DNA of 64,000 bases from Prorocentrum cordatum (Eukaryota): positions 1,984,001 to 2,048,000 of the forward strand of contig CAUYUJ010000001.1 of the NCBI GenBank assembly GCA_963575745.1, written 5' to 3'. The notes under the pieces are model-generated. The model saw only the letters and a program-made list of their open reading frames with translations. It did not search any database and had not been told where the DNA came from. The position numbers and the translations under genes were made by a program. Shown piece after piece: positions 1 through 12,178 of this stretch (the first letter of the stretch is position 1; every line of letters starts with the position of its first letter).

Positions 1-256
1 CGCATCCAGTCCTCCTAAACCCCAGTCCTCACAATCCCCCCCACACTCCTGAGAGCACTCCTCGAGGCAGCCCCGCTCAATAAGAGCAGAGGAACACGCG
101 CGTGCGGCGGCGCGCGAGGCACTGGTAGCAAAACTCTGTCTGTACGGTATCCTCTTCTTCGTCGTCGTCGTTGTCGCCGCCGCCGACGTCGTCTCGTCGC
201 CGTCGTCGTCGTCGTCGTCGCCGCCGCCGCCGTCGTCGTTGCAGTCGCGGTCGCAA

Positions 257-287
<31 letters not shown>

Positions 288-323
288 GGCCGTCGTCGTT
301 GCCGTCGCCGTCGTCGTAGTGGT

Positions 324-385
<62 letters not shown>

Positions 386-785
386 GGGGGCCCCCTCAGA
401 GGACTAAGATGGCCCAAAGACGGCATCAAGAGGGCCCCAAGAAGGCTACAAGAAGGACATATTTTTATTTGCTTGTACTTCCTTGAGGCCATCGTCTGCC
501 AAAGCCCCTGAAGCCCCAAGACGCGAAGGAGGACGAGGATGGGGAGGCGGAGGAGGGGGGGGGAGAAGGGGGAGGGCGTGATCGCCGAGCGATGCACCTG
601 ATGTTCGACGCTTCGCGCATTCCCTTGAGCCCCTCCTCAAACGATGCCCAACGCAGCAATGAAATGATGGGGATAGGAACGAGAAGGAAGGAGGCAGGGG
701 ACGAGGACGACGACGACAACGACGACGCCACTGCCCGTCTGTCCCCATTTTGTGCCGAGCGTGGCCCGCCGCTGCTCTGCCAATC

Positions 786-2060
786 ATGCCCTCGCCCAGG
801 CGCTCGCGCCCACCTCCTGGCGACATGGCCATGCCCAAGGCGCGGCCGCCGTTCAAGAAGCCCCGGCTCCAGATCCGGGCGACGCCCAAGCAGCGGCCGT
901 CGTCCAAGATGCTGCCGCCCGAGCTCTGGCTCCAGTTTCAGCAGACGCCCGAGCTCCAGGGACCCGCGCCTGTGACGCCCCCCAGGCGTTCGCGTCGGGA
1001 GGACGGCGCGTGGCGGCGTCGCCGCATCGGCGGGCCGAAGCAGCCAGCATGTCCGCCGCCTACGCACCTCCTCAAGTCCCCCACGGAGGCGAAGTGCGAC
1101 GGCGACGTCAGTGGCCAGGCGTCGGCATCGGCGGCGCGGACGGCGAGGCGCTCGGCAGTGCCAGTGCGCTTGTGGCACGGCGGGGCGGCGCAGTGGCAGT
1201 GCGCCTGTGGCGCCGACGGCGTCGTCAGGCGGGTGTTACACGAGATCATCATGACCAGCGGGGGGCTCGAGGCAAACTACACCGACGGCCCAATATACTG
1301 CTTCGAGTGCTGGCACCTGCTCCAGGAGGCCAGGCCCGACGTGGAGGGCATCATCATCGGCCCGCCCGATGCAAAGGTCCCAGAGGCCGACGTCGTCGAG
1401 GGCCCGGAAGATGGCCATCAGCTCGTCGAAGAGGAGGCCGACGAAGAGGTCTCAGAGGACGACATCGTGAAAGATGAGGACCCACAGGACGACCATCAGC
1501 TCGTCAAAGAGGAGGCCGAGGAAGAGGAGTACGCGATGGAGGCGGATGCCGCGGCGTGGGAGCTCATGAAGGACGACATCGTGAAAGATGAGGACCCACA
1601 GGACGACCATCAGCTCGTCAAAGAGGAGGCCGAGGAAGAGGAGTACGCGATGGAGGCGGATGCCGCGGCGTGGGAGCTCATGAAGGACGACATCGTGAAA
1701 GATGAGGACCCACAGGACGACCATCAGCTCGTCAAAGAGGAGGCCGAGGAAGAGGAGTACGCGATGGAGGCGGATGCCGCGGCGTGGGAGCTCGACAGCG
1801 CGGAGTCGGAGAACCCGCAGGAGGGGCCTCAGGAGGAGCCGCTTGCGGGCAATCCGCACTGCAAGCAGCGTAGGGGGTGCATCGGATGCGCATCCTCACC
1901 AATGGTGAGGCACGTCTTCAAGTGGGACGGGTGGCACTGGATCCCAGGCGACGTCTACTGCACCCCGTGCTGGCAGTCCTTCTGCAGGGATCATCGGTTC
2001 AGTCGCCTCATGATGGCGGTGCCCTGGACACCCCCGGTGCGGGACCCTCAGACCGATTGA
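786..2060 (+). CDS. Hypothetical protein: two CxxC...YCxxCW putative Zn-binding modules flanking acidic 40-aa tandem repeats
   Basis: Open from ATG 786 (MPSPRR) to TGA. Motifs WQCACG..VRRV..GPIYCFECW and CIGC..VRHV..GDVYCTPCW. Third codon positions are GC-rich. Confidence 0.6.
   Translation: MPSPRRSRPPPGDMAMPKARPPFKKPRLQIRATPKQRPSSKMLPPELWLQFQQTPELQGPAPVTPPRRSRREDGAWRRRRIGGPKQPACPPPTHLLKSPTEAKCDGDVSGQASASAARTARRSAVPVRLWHGGAAQWQCACGADGVVRRVLHEIIMTSGGLEANYTDGPIYCFECWHLLQEARPDVEGIIIGPPDAKVPEADVVEGPEDGHQLVEEEADEEVSEDDIVKDEDPQDDHQLVKEEAEEEEYAMEADAAAWELMKDDIVKDEDPQDDHQLVKEEAEEEEYAMEADAAAWELMKDDIVKDEDPQDDHQLVKEEAEEEEYAMEADAAAWELDSAESENPQEGPQEEPLAGNPHCKQRRGCIGCASSPMVRHVFKWDGWHWIPGDVYCTPCWQSFCRDHRFSRLMMAVPWTPPVRDPQTD
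1458..1793 (+). repeat. 120-bp in-frame tandem repeat, about 3 copies (DDIVKDEDPQDDHQLVKEEAEEEEYAMEADAAAWELMK)
   Basis: Exact 120-nt periodicity in lines 1441-1800. The same array is at about 15000-15335. Confidence 0.95.
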
Positions 2061-2718
2061 TTGCGAGATGGCCCAGGGTTTGTGCGGTGTGAGGCTTGTA
2101 CACAGTTGAGAGTTGAAGCATTGCTGTAGGCTTTCGGCGGGGACGCTGACGCAACTGAGCTCCTCCGGTCCCGCCGGAAGAAGGTCCAACCTAGCCCTCG
2201 CCTCCTGGCCCTCGCCCTTCTGCTCAACCTCCTGCTCGCCCTCCCCTTCTCCTCGCCCTCCCCTTCTCCTCGCCCTCGCCCTCCTGCTCACTCGCCCTCC
2301 TTCTCACCCTCTCCTCCTCCTGCTGCTCCCCCTCCTCCTCCCCCTCCTCCTCCTCCTCCTTCTTCTCCTCCTCCTCCTCCTCCTCTGCGCCCTCCCCCTC
2401 GCCCCCCGCGGCCAGGTGCCGACCAGCGGCGACGAGGTCAGGGGCATCGTGGCCGCGGATGTCAACGCGTCCGAGGAGCGCGTCGGCGATCCCCCAGTCT
2501 TACCCTCCTCGTCCTCCTCTTCCCCCTACTCCACCCTCTCTTCCCTCCCCCTATTCGTCCTCCTCCTATTCGTCCTCCACCCTCTCTTACCTCTCTTACC
2601 TCCTCCTCGTGTTCTACCTCATCCTGTCCCTCGTCCTTATGCTCACCCTCCTCGTCTTTCCCCTCGCCCCTTAGCTTTCGTCCTCCCCTCGTCCCCCCAG
2701 GAGGCTCTAAGGGGCCAA

Positions 2719-3140
2719 GACTACAGCGACGGCAGCTTCCGCGGCAAGGCCGTGGACGGCATGACGATCTACGAAGACGAAGAAGGGCTCCGAGGGGCCA
2801 AGTCTACAGCGACGGCAGCTTCCGCGGCGAGGCCGCGGACGGGCATGAAGATACGAAGAAGACGAAGAAGGACTCCAAGGGGCCCAGACTACAGCGACGG
2901 CAGCTTCCGCGGCGAGGCCGTGGACGGCATGGCGATACGAAGAAGACGAAGAAGGGCTCCAAGGGGCCTAGACTACAGCGACGGCAGCTTCCGCGGCGAG
3001 GCCGTGGACGGCATGACGATACGAAGAAGACGAAGAAGGGCTCCAAAGGGCCCAGACTACAGCGACGGCAGCTTCCGCGGCGAGGCCGTGGACGGGGCCG
3101 ATCTACGAAGCAAGTTGCACCGCATGCGGCGCAGGTGATG
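2719..3140 (+). repeat. ~84-bp tandem repeat, 5 copies (gactacagcgacggcagcttccgcggcgaggccgtggacggc...)
   Basis: Units start near 2719, 2802, 2887, 2971 and 3055. The array is duplicated at 16261-16680. Single copies occur at about 3857, 10588 and 17393. Confidence 0.93.
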
Positions 3141-3944
3141 GAGAGGAGGGCAAAGAGGGGGAACAGGCAAAGAGGGCGAGGACGGGAAGGGGGCAGGAGG
3201 GGGATGAGGGGTCCGGGATAAGGAAGAGGAGGAGGAGGAGGAGGAGGAGGAGGAGGAGGAGGGGGAGGCGGAGGCGGAGGCGGAGGAGGAGGTGGAGGAG
3301 GAGGAGGAGGAGGAGGAGGAGGAGAAAGACGAGGAGGAGGAGTGGGTGAGAAGGAAGAGGAGGAGAGGGTGAGGGCGGGGTGCCATAGGGACAACTGGTA
3401 CGAGGTGATGATCCACACGGGGGTCTTGGCACCGGGGCTCAGGGTGAGGGAGCGCGGCATCCCTCGTGCGTGGCCGCGTGTGGGAGGGACACCGACATCA
3501 GCGACAACGCGGGTTCCAGCAATGACAGCGACGTCAGCGACAACACGAACGCCTACGTCAGCGAGATCAGTAGCGACAACGCGAACGCCTGCGACTGACG
3601 TCAGCGACAACGTCAGCGACGTCAGCGACAACGCGAGTGCCCACGACCGACGTCAGCGACAACGCGGGTTCCAGCAGGCCGAATAAACATCTCCCCTACT
3701 CTCCCCCTACCACTCCACTCCCTTTCCCATCCTCCATCCTCATCCTCCGACTCCTCCTGGTCCTTCTCGTCCTCTCCCTCGCCCCCCTCCCATCCACCTC
3801 CTCCTGTTTGTCCTCTGTCTCCCCCTTATCCCCCCTATCCTCCTCGTCGGCCCGTTACTACAGCGACGGCAGCTTCCGCGGCGAGGCCGTAGACGGCATG
3901 ACGATCTACGAAGCAATTTGCACCGCATGCGGCGCAGGTGATGC

Positions 3945-4044
3945 NNNNNNNNNNNNNNNNNNNNNNNNNNNNNNNNNNNNNNNNNNNNNNNNNNNNNNNN
4001 NNNNNNNNNNNNNNNNNNNNNNNNNNNNNNNNNNNNNNNNNNNN
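3945..4044. other. Assembly gap (100 N)
   Basis: Run of n characters. Confidence 1.
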
Positions 4045-4106
4045 CGACCGAGGAACCCGAGCGTCGAGTACTACCGCGTTACCCCAGCGATAACTTCGTC
4101 GAAACC

Positions 4107-4550
4107 GTGGGCGATCCGCCCCCTTGGATCGGGCTGTGGTTGCCCGACGTGGGCGACCTCCCTGAGGGGCCGCCCCCGCCCTGGCCCATCTCGCGGGGTC
4201 AAGACTACCCCCCTTTTTGGGCCCCAGAATGGATAGAGCTACCGCTCCCTGGACTTGCGCCTTGGACGTGGTACTACCCCGCACGGCCGAATCAGACCAG
4301 GCCGGAGCGTTGGTTCGTAACGGTGCACGGGGGGCAATGGTTGCCGGGCACCTTCATGAGCGACGAAGCGGACCCGGACGCCGTAGCGATGGTCTGGACG
4401 GCGGGGCCTTCGGAGCCCGTCCCATACAGGTGCCCTCTTGTTTTGGTCTTATGGTGTTGTGTCTTTCCAGCCCACCCTCCTGGTGTTGTGTCTTTCCAGA
4501 CACAACACCATGGTCCATGGCGTTGTGTCTTTCCAGCCCACCATCCTTAG
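4107..4550 (+). CDS. Hypothetical Trp/Pro-rich protein, 5' end uncertain next to the gap; paralogous to 9588..10091
   Basis: EGPPPPWPISRGQDYPPFWAPEWIELPLPGLAPWTWYYP aligns with EGPAAPWPLPYPQEAPLPRWAPDYIEMPLPAQQARCWFFP. Confidence 0.4.
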   Translation: MGDPPPWIGLWLPDVGDLPEGPPPPWPISRGQDYPPFWAPEWIELPLPGLAPWTWYYPARPNQTRPERWFVTVHGGQWLPGTFMSDEADPDAVAMVWTAGPSEPVPYRCPLVLVLWCCVFPAHPPGVVSFQTQHHGPWRCVFPAHHP

Positions 4551-5536
4551 GTACACGTGGTGCGACTATTTTGTGGAGGAGGGCATCCTTGCGCCTCCAA
4601 CATGGTGATGCTGCGCGGCGGCCCGCCGACGATCACGAGCTAAAGCAGGCCTCCTCCTCCTCCTCCTCCTCCTCCTCCTCCTCCTCCCCCTCCTCCTCTA
4701 CCTCCTCCTCCTCCTCCTCCTCCTCCGCCTCCTCCTCCGCCTCGTCGTCCTCGCCCTCCTCCTCCTCCTCCCCCTCCTCCTCTACCTCCTCCTCCTCCTC
4801 CTCCTCCTCCTCCTCCTCCGCTTCCTCCTCCGCCTCGTCGTCCTCGCCCTCCTCCTCCTCCTCCTCTTCCCCATCCTCCGCCCCGCGCGCGGCCCTCCCC
4901 CGGCGGCGCCGAGAGGGCGGGAGGTGGGAGGGGGATTGGAGGAGGAAGGGGGGCCGAGCAGGGAGGAGGAGGGAGAAGAGAGGAGGAGGAGAAGGAGGAG
5001 GAGGAGCAATGGAGCACTTCGAGGGCGGCCCTCGGGCCTTTTTTCGAGCCGCGCCGGTCCGTCCTGGCTAGTTTTTCGAGCCGCGCCCAGCCGTGGCGAC
5101 AAGAACCTCCAGGAGCGCCCAGAAACTTCCGAAGCGACGACGACGACGCGGACGCCGACGTCGACGTCGACGTCGACGTCGACGTCGCCGACGTCGACGT
5201 TGACGTCGTCGTGACCACTCACCTGAACGCGCACCAACGCCAATCCCAGTAGTACCAGCGAGTATCGCCCTCGCCGGGGATGATCATTGAGGGCGGCTGG
5301 CCCGTGCGCTGATTGGATTCGAGGCATACAGGTCGCGCGTCTTGGGGCAGCTCGAGGGCCGCGGGCATCCATGGCTCCCCAGGCAGTTCTGGAAAGGGCC
5401 AGTCGTCAGGCAAGGGCTCCTCATGATATGCGATTGCTTCAATCCTGCTGTGTGTACGCTCCGTGGCCTCCACGAACAATGACGCTACTTTGAGGGTCTT
5501 CGCCCGCGGGCCGGTCAGCGCGCAAAACGCGCAAAA

Positions 5537-5583
5537 CGCTTGTAGAGAACAGACCAAGACTCTTGGTCTGTTCTCTACAAGCG
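5537..5583. repeat. Perfect palindrome with 23-bp arms and a 1-nt spacer
   Basis: cgcttgtagagaacagaccaaga-c-tcttggtctgttctctacaagcg. Confidence 0.95.
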
Positions 5584-6238
5584 GGATTCGGATACTGGCT
5601 TGTGGTGGCGGGAAAACTGGTGAAGGCAGTCACCGTCGTGGTCGCCGTCGTCGTTGTCGTCGTGATCGTCGTGGTCGCCGTCGTCGTCGTGTTCACCGTC
5701 GGTCGCCGTCGTCGTCGTCATCCTCGTCGCAGTCGCCGTCCTCACTCATGGTCACCCCCATCCTCTCATGCTTCCTAATCCCTGGCATGCCACCCCCGCC
5801 CTCCTACCTCCTCCCGTTCCTGCCGGAGGCGACCCGCGACGTGGACTGGATGCTCTGCGGCGACAGGTGGCCTCTGGAAGAGTTGAGGCTAAAGGGGGCA
5901 CTGAAAGGCGAGGCGGATGGGGGGGCGGAGGAGGAGGAGGAGAGGGAGGGGGAGGGGATCAAGCATGAAGGCGGAAGGGGGATGGGGAAGGAGTGAGACA
6001 AAGAGGAAGAGCCACGCGGGCGAGGGCCACCCCAGGGTGGTCGAGGGAGCTGGCGTTTGTCCCACTCCCCCGCCAGCCGCGTCCAGATCCTCCAAGCCCT
6101 CGCCGTCCCCGTCCTCCTCCTCCTCCTCCTCCTCCTCCATCCTCGCTTTCCTTCTCCCCAATGTGGGGGAGACGGCCTCCTCCTGCTCGCCCTCCTCCTG
6201 CTCGCCCTCCGCTTCCTCCTCGCCCTCCTCGGCCCAGG

Positions 6239-6709
6239 TCCCAGAAGCTGGCGAAGGTAGAGAGGGCGCGCCACGGCGTGCTGGAGTTCCTCGGCGTGCA
6301 GAGCGATCTGCACTGGAGAGGAGGCGGCGAGGTGATGCACGAGGTGACATCAGTGATGCCAGCGTTCGTCCAGCGTTGGACGGCGTCTAACTTGTACGAG
6401 GGAGTCACGGTGCAAGTGCGGCCGGGCGGGTCTTGGAAGATGATCAAGTCGGTTGCGAGCGGCATGCATTTCTTGTGCATGCCATTCTATGCCGACCTCT
6501 GCCCGGCGAACAATCGTCTCAAGGCTTACGTGGCTGCCGAAGTACAGAAGTGGAACGTGGGCAGGGTGATTGGCAAGGTGCTCTTCCACGCGATGGTCGC
6601 TAACTGCATCAGCAAGGCAACCGAGCTCATCCCAAAACTGCGCAGTGTCGTGAAGAGCTCGGCGCAGGTGGCGACGGGAGTGGAAGGGGAGGAGACGGCC
6701 AGGAGGTAG
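6239..6709 (+). CDS. Possible coding segment or exon of unknown function
   Basis: Non-repetitive, protein-like part of ORF 5993..6709 (QKLAKVERARHGVLEFLG...KVLFHAMVANCISKATELIPKL) between purine/pyrimidine tracts. No family recognised. Confidence 0.3.
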   Translation, partial: SQKLAKVERARHGVLEFLGVQSDLHWRGGGEVMHEVTSVMPAFVQRWTASNLYEGVTVQVRPGGSWKMIKSVASGMHFLCMPFYADLCPANNRLKAYVAAEVQKWNVGRVIGKVLFHAMVANCISKATELIPKLRSVVKSSAQVATGVEGEETARR

Positions 6710-6929
6710 GAGGAAAGCGAGGAGCTTTAGAGAGGGGTGGTGGCAGCAAGAGGAGAAGGAGGCAGAGAAGGTGGAGGAAACAGTTACTGGAGCGCATGGG
6801 ATGGCCCCCCGCTATCACTCCCTCCCTCTTTCTCGCCTCTCCCCCTCATCCCTTCCCTCTTTGGCTCGCCCTCCCCACCACCCGCCACCCCCCTCTCCCT
6901 CTCCTCGCCCGCCGCCGCACTTGCCTTAG

Positions 6930-7976
6930 GTGACAGTTCACGAGCTCACCAAGGAGGAGATAGAGTGGCACGCGCTCCGGGCCCATCCGGCACACGGCAT
7001 CCGCGCAGACCTCATCTGCAGGGCCACCTTCCACAGACCGACGCGGACGAGGGGACGAGCTGGCGATGATTGCGAGCACGTTGCCCGGGGACTGGATCGC
7101 GCAAACGTTTGCGCTCACAACTTGCTCCATCAACGGCGGTGGTCAGCCTCAGGAGCAGGAAGACGCAGAGGAGGCAGACCTCTGTGTGAACGATGCCGAA
7201 ATCACCGTCCGAGCGAGCGTATATTGTGCTTGTGGCACTGCAGAAGACTTATCGGACCAGGATGTACTCCCGAGAGGTGTTCATTGGTTGAGTTTCCAAG
7301 AGTGGCTCGTCAGAGAGTGGGTGTCTGTGTAGACTGCATAGCAACATCGTCTCGGTTCTGGACAAGTGACGCTCTCAGAGTTTCTGAAATGACACCGGAG
7401 TGGCCGAGTAACCTCACCATGAACTGGGCCATGAGCTGGACTACGAGCATCGAGGTGCCTAGGTGCTCTATCAGGCACAAGGCGTCGGAGTGCGCGGCAG
7501 GGCCGCGCTTGCTACGGTCAAGAACACCGATGGCAAGAGTAGCGCAGCTCTTGGTAAAGATCACGATCAAGCTGTGTTTCCGAGTTCACGGATATCGAGA
7601 TGCGACGTTGCGGAGCGCTGCAGCTGCTGAAGACAGGCCCATGGAGATCTACGAGGATAGCCAGACCGCGACCAGTTTCCTGTGCGTCGTGCACGCATGG
7701 TTCTTCGCGCAGCTCAAGAAGATGCACGTCGACCGCGGCCTAGAGTACCAGTTCGTGCCGGGCATCAAGGCGCTCATTAAGACAGGGGCGCCAACACGCG
7801 CATACAAAGACTTCGGGAGGAAGATGCAGAAAGCTGGGGGCCAGCGCGCGCACACCAACCAGAAGTCGAACTGGGCTACAGGATTCGGGCCCCAAGCTTT
7901 CAGGACTCGGGTCCCAAGCTTTCGGCGATTCGATCGATTTGCTCTCCCCCATCTACCCGGGGCGGCACTCAGGTAG
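6930..7976 (+). CDS. Hypothetical protein with a Cys-rich segment
   Basis: 348-aa high-complexity ORF. The LCERC...CLWHC...GPGC...C...CVDC cluster suggests metal binding. No family recognised. Confidence 0.3.
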   Translation: MTVHELTKEEIEWHALRAHPAHGIRADLICRATFHRPTRTRGRAGDDCEHVARGLDRANVCAHNLLHQRRWSASGAGRRRGGRPLCERCRNHRPSERILCLWHCRRLIGPGCTPERCSLVEFPRVARQRVGVCVDCIATSSRFWTSDALRVSEMTPEWPSNLTMNWAMSWTTSIEVPRCSIRHKASECAAGPRLLRSRTPMARVAQLLVKITIKLCFRVHGYRDATLRSAAAAEDRPMEIYEDSQTATSFLCVVHAWFFAQLKKMHVDRGLEYQFVPGIKALIKTGAPTRAYKDFGRKMQKAGGQRAHTNQKSNWATGFGPQAFRTRVPSFRRFDRFALPHLPGAALR

Positions 7977-9587
7977 TTCGGATGGGCCAGGAGTCGATAG
8001 GCCAGGGGCCGGGGGCCGTGGCTCTGGGGCCCCAGAGGAGGGGACGTCGGGAGGGGGAGTCAGCAGGAGTCGGGCGGTGGAGGGGGAGATTAGGAGGGGG
8101 TGCAGGAGCAGTCAGCTCAGGGGCGTACCATGTATCCCAATTCCTATCCCGGCCCATCACATTAATATCCCTGTCTGAGATCATACAGTAGTATACATAC
8201 ATAGAGTCTGACCGCGTCATGCGATTAACAAAGTTTCGAGATCTCCCCTTCGCTGGCGGGCTCCAGGAGAAGTAGGGCGAGGCAGGATGAAGGGGGGGGG
8301 ATACGGGGCATGGGAGGGGATGGGGGAGAATGTCCTCCGAGGGCGGGGAGGGATCGAAGGAGTTGGACAGGGCGGTGCGACAAGGGCAAGGGCGGCAAGA
8401 GCAAGCGCGGGAGGCGGTGCAATGGCAAGGGCAAGCGGGGGTCCGCGAGGGGCAACGGCGTTCGTAACGACAAGGGCGAGACGTTCACGACGACGTTAAA
8501 GAAGCGAGCCGCTGAGCTTCAAAAGACAAGAGTCAGTGGGCCGGGCCCCGAGAAGAGGGAGAACAGCAGCAAGGACAAGGAAGATGAGAGGTCGGCGGTT
8601 AAGGCCTGCCCTCAAGAGAAGGCCGCGGCCACTATGGCCGGGGCGGGCCTCAGGCCCAAGGTGGCACCGACGGCAAGGGCAGCGTCGGCGTCGGCATCGT
8701 TGTTTGGCATCGGCGCCAGCGACATCAGCTGCGCCGGCATCCAGGTCGGGCGCGGCATCCGCGGCGCCAGGGACACCGTCAACCAGGATCGGAAGAAGCT
8801 AAGACGGAGGAGAGGAAGAGGAGGAGGAGGAGGAGGAGGAGGAGGAGGGGGATGAGGGGGAGGAGCGGGAGAAGGAGGACGAGGGAGAACGGGTGCGGTA
8901 GGAGGGCCAGCAGCATCATCAGTCGGTAGAGGGCGAGTAGGTCGATCATGAGAGGGGGGCAGGACAGGGCGTTCATGGGCGCGGGGGAAATGGGGAGGTC
9001 AGCGAGGGGGAGGTGAAGGCGGGAGCGGGGGAGGGGGGCGAGGACGATGCGGATGAGCAAGTAGACGAGAGCAGGCGTGGGCCAGTCACGCCGCTGTCGC
9101 CTCCTTTCGCGGGCTCGTCTTCGTTAATCGATCGACAGGAGAGGGGGCGCAGAGCAGGGGGCACGGTCTGGGAGTTGTTGGCTGAGCCTTCCCCCCCTCG
9201 CCCCCAGCCTCCGATCCCCCGAATGATCCGACGGAGAGGACGCCTGATCCGCCGGGTGCGCCGCCGCCGTGGATCGCGCCCCGCGAGGTCCAGGCGCAAT
9301 ACGATGACACAGAGATACAGAGAGAGTGAGAGAGAGAGAGAGAGGAGAGAGGTGATGACGGTAGTGACAATGATGACGGAGACTGAGAAGGGGGGAGAAG
9401 ACACCAGGCCGATGATCGCGGCGGCGATGATGACAAGGATCTGGATGAATAGGGGGAGGAGAAGGAAGAGGCGCAGGCGGAGGAGGGGGAGGAGGAGGAG
9501 GATGTAGAGTGACGCCATAGCACAGATGCTCCCCCCTCCTCTCCCCTCCCCACTCCGCTTCCTCCCGAGCGCTTTTGCGGCTCAGAG

Positions 9588-10091
9588 ATGTCGATTTCGT
9601 CCGACGACGAGGAACAGAGGCCGGAGCTATACCACCTTGCAGCTCCACACCTCGGACTGGGCCTCCCCAATAGAAACACCCTCATTGAAGGGCCTGCGGC
9701 ACCGTGGCCCTTGCCGTACCCTCAGGAAGCCCCCCTGCCGCGATGGGCCCCCGATTATATCGAGATGCCGTTGCCGGCCCAACAAGCACGCTGTTGGTTC
9801 TTTCCCTGGCAATCTGTTCGGCCCCACATCCCGGAGTGCTGGGTCCTCGCATTTCACGATGATTATCGGCGCGAGGACGCGAAAATGCTAGCGCTGCTCT
9901 GGCCAGACTTCGCGGCAGAGGATGGGCGCCCTTACAAGTACCCGTGGGCGCGAAACGGGGTTTCAGGCTATTTTTCCACCTCGTGGACCTCTAGGGGCGA
10001 GCCCAATCGGTGCCGAATATTATATTCGGCACGAGGTGATATTATATTGTATTGTGCCTATATTCGGTGCCGAATATTATATTATGCCTAA
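9588..10091 (+). CDS. Hypothetical Trp/Pro-rich protein, paralogue of 4107..4550; 3' end runs into AT-rich repeats
   Basis: ATG start and similarity to the 4107 ORF as described for that feature. Confidence 0.4.
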   Translation: MSISSDDEEQRPELYHLAAPHLGLGLPNRNTLIEGPAAPWPLPYPQEAPLPRWAPDYIEMPLPAQQARCWFFPWQSVRPHIPECWVLAFHDDYRREDAKMLALLWPDFAAEDGRPYKYPWARNGVSGYFSTSWTSRGEPNRCRILYSARGDIILYCAYIRCRILYYA

Positions 10092-10140
10092 TATTATATC
10101 GGTGCCGAATATTATATTGTGCCTAGATTCGGAATATAGG

Positions 10141-12012
<1,872 letters not shown>

Positions 12013-12178
12013 AGACAAGGACAGACAACGACGACATACGACGATTCGGGCCAGAGGCCCCCAAGAGGCCCCCAGGAGCCACCAAGGAGGCCCGAGCCCC
12101 ACCTCCTCCTCCTCCTCCTCCGTAGCTTTTGTGGCCCCATTTGAGGTGCGTCGCTTCTCTGGAGAGCGTGCCGGTGCG

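Larger units (their letters stand above)
1..3944 (+). repeat. Segmental duplication, copy 1 (near-identical to 13548-17480); cut by the window start and the N gap
   Basis: The start cgcatccagtcctcctaaaccccag recurs at 13548. The ORF track repeats at an offset of about 13542 (750..2060 = 14292..15602; 2113..3138 = 15655..16680). Differences are a few SNPs and microsatellite lengths. Confidence 0.97.

Noticed and set aside
2719..3140. 84-bp array as a CRISPR array
   Set aside because: The sequences between the conserved cores are themselves near-identical, so there are no unique spacers. No cas genes, and the context is eukaryotic.
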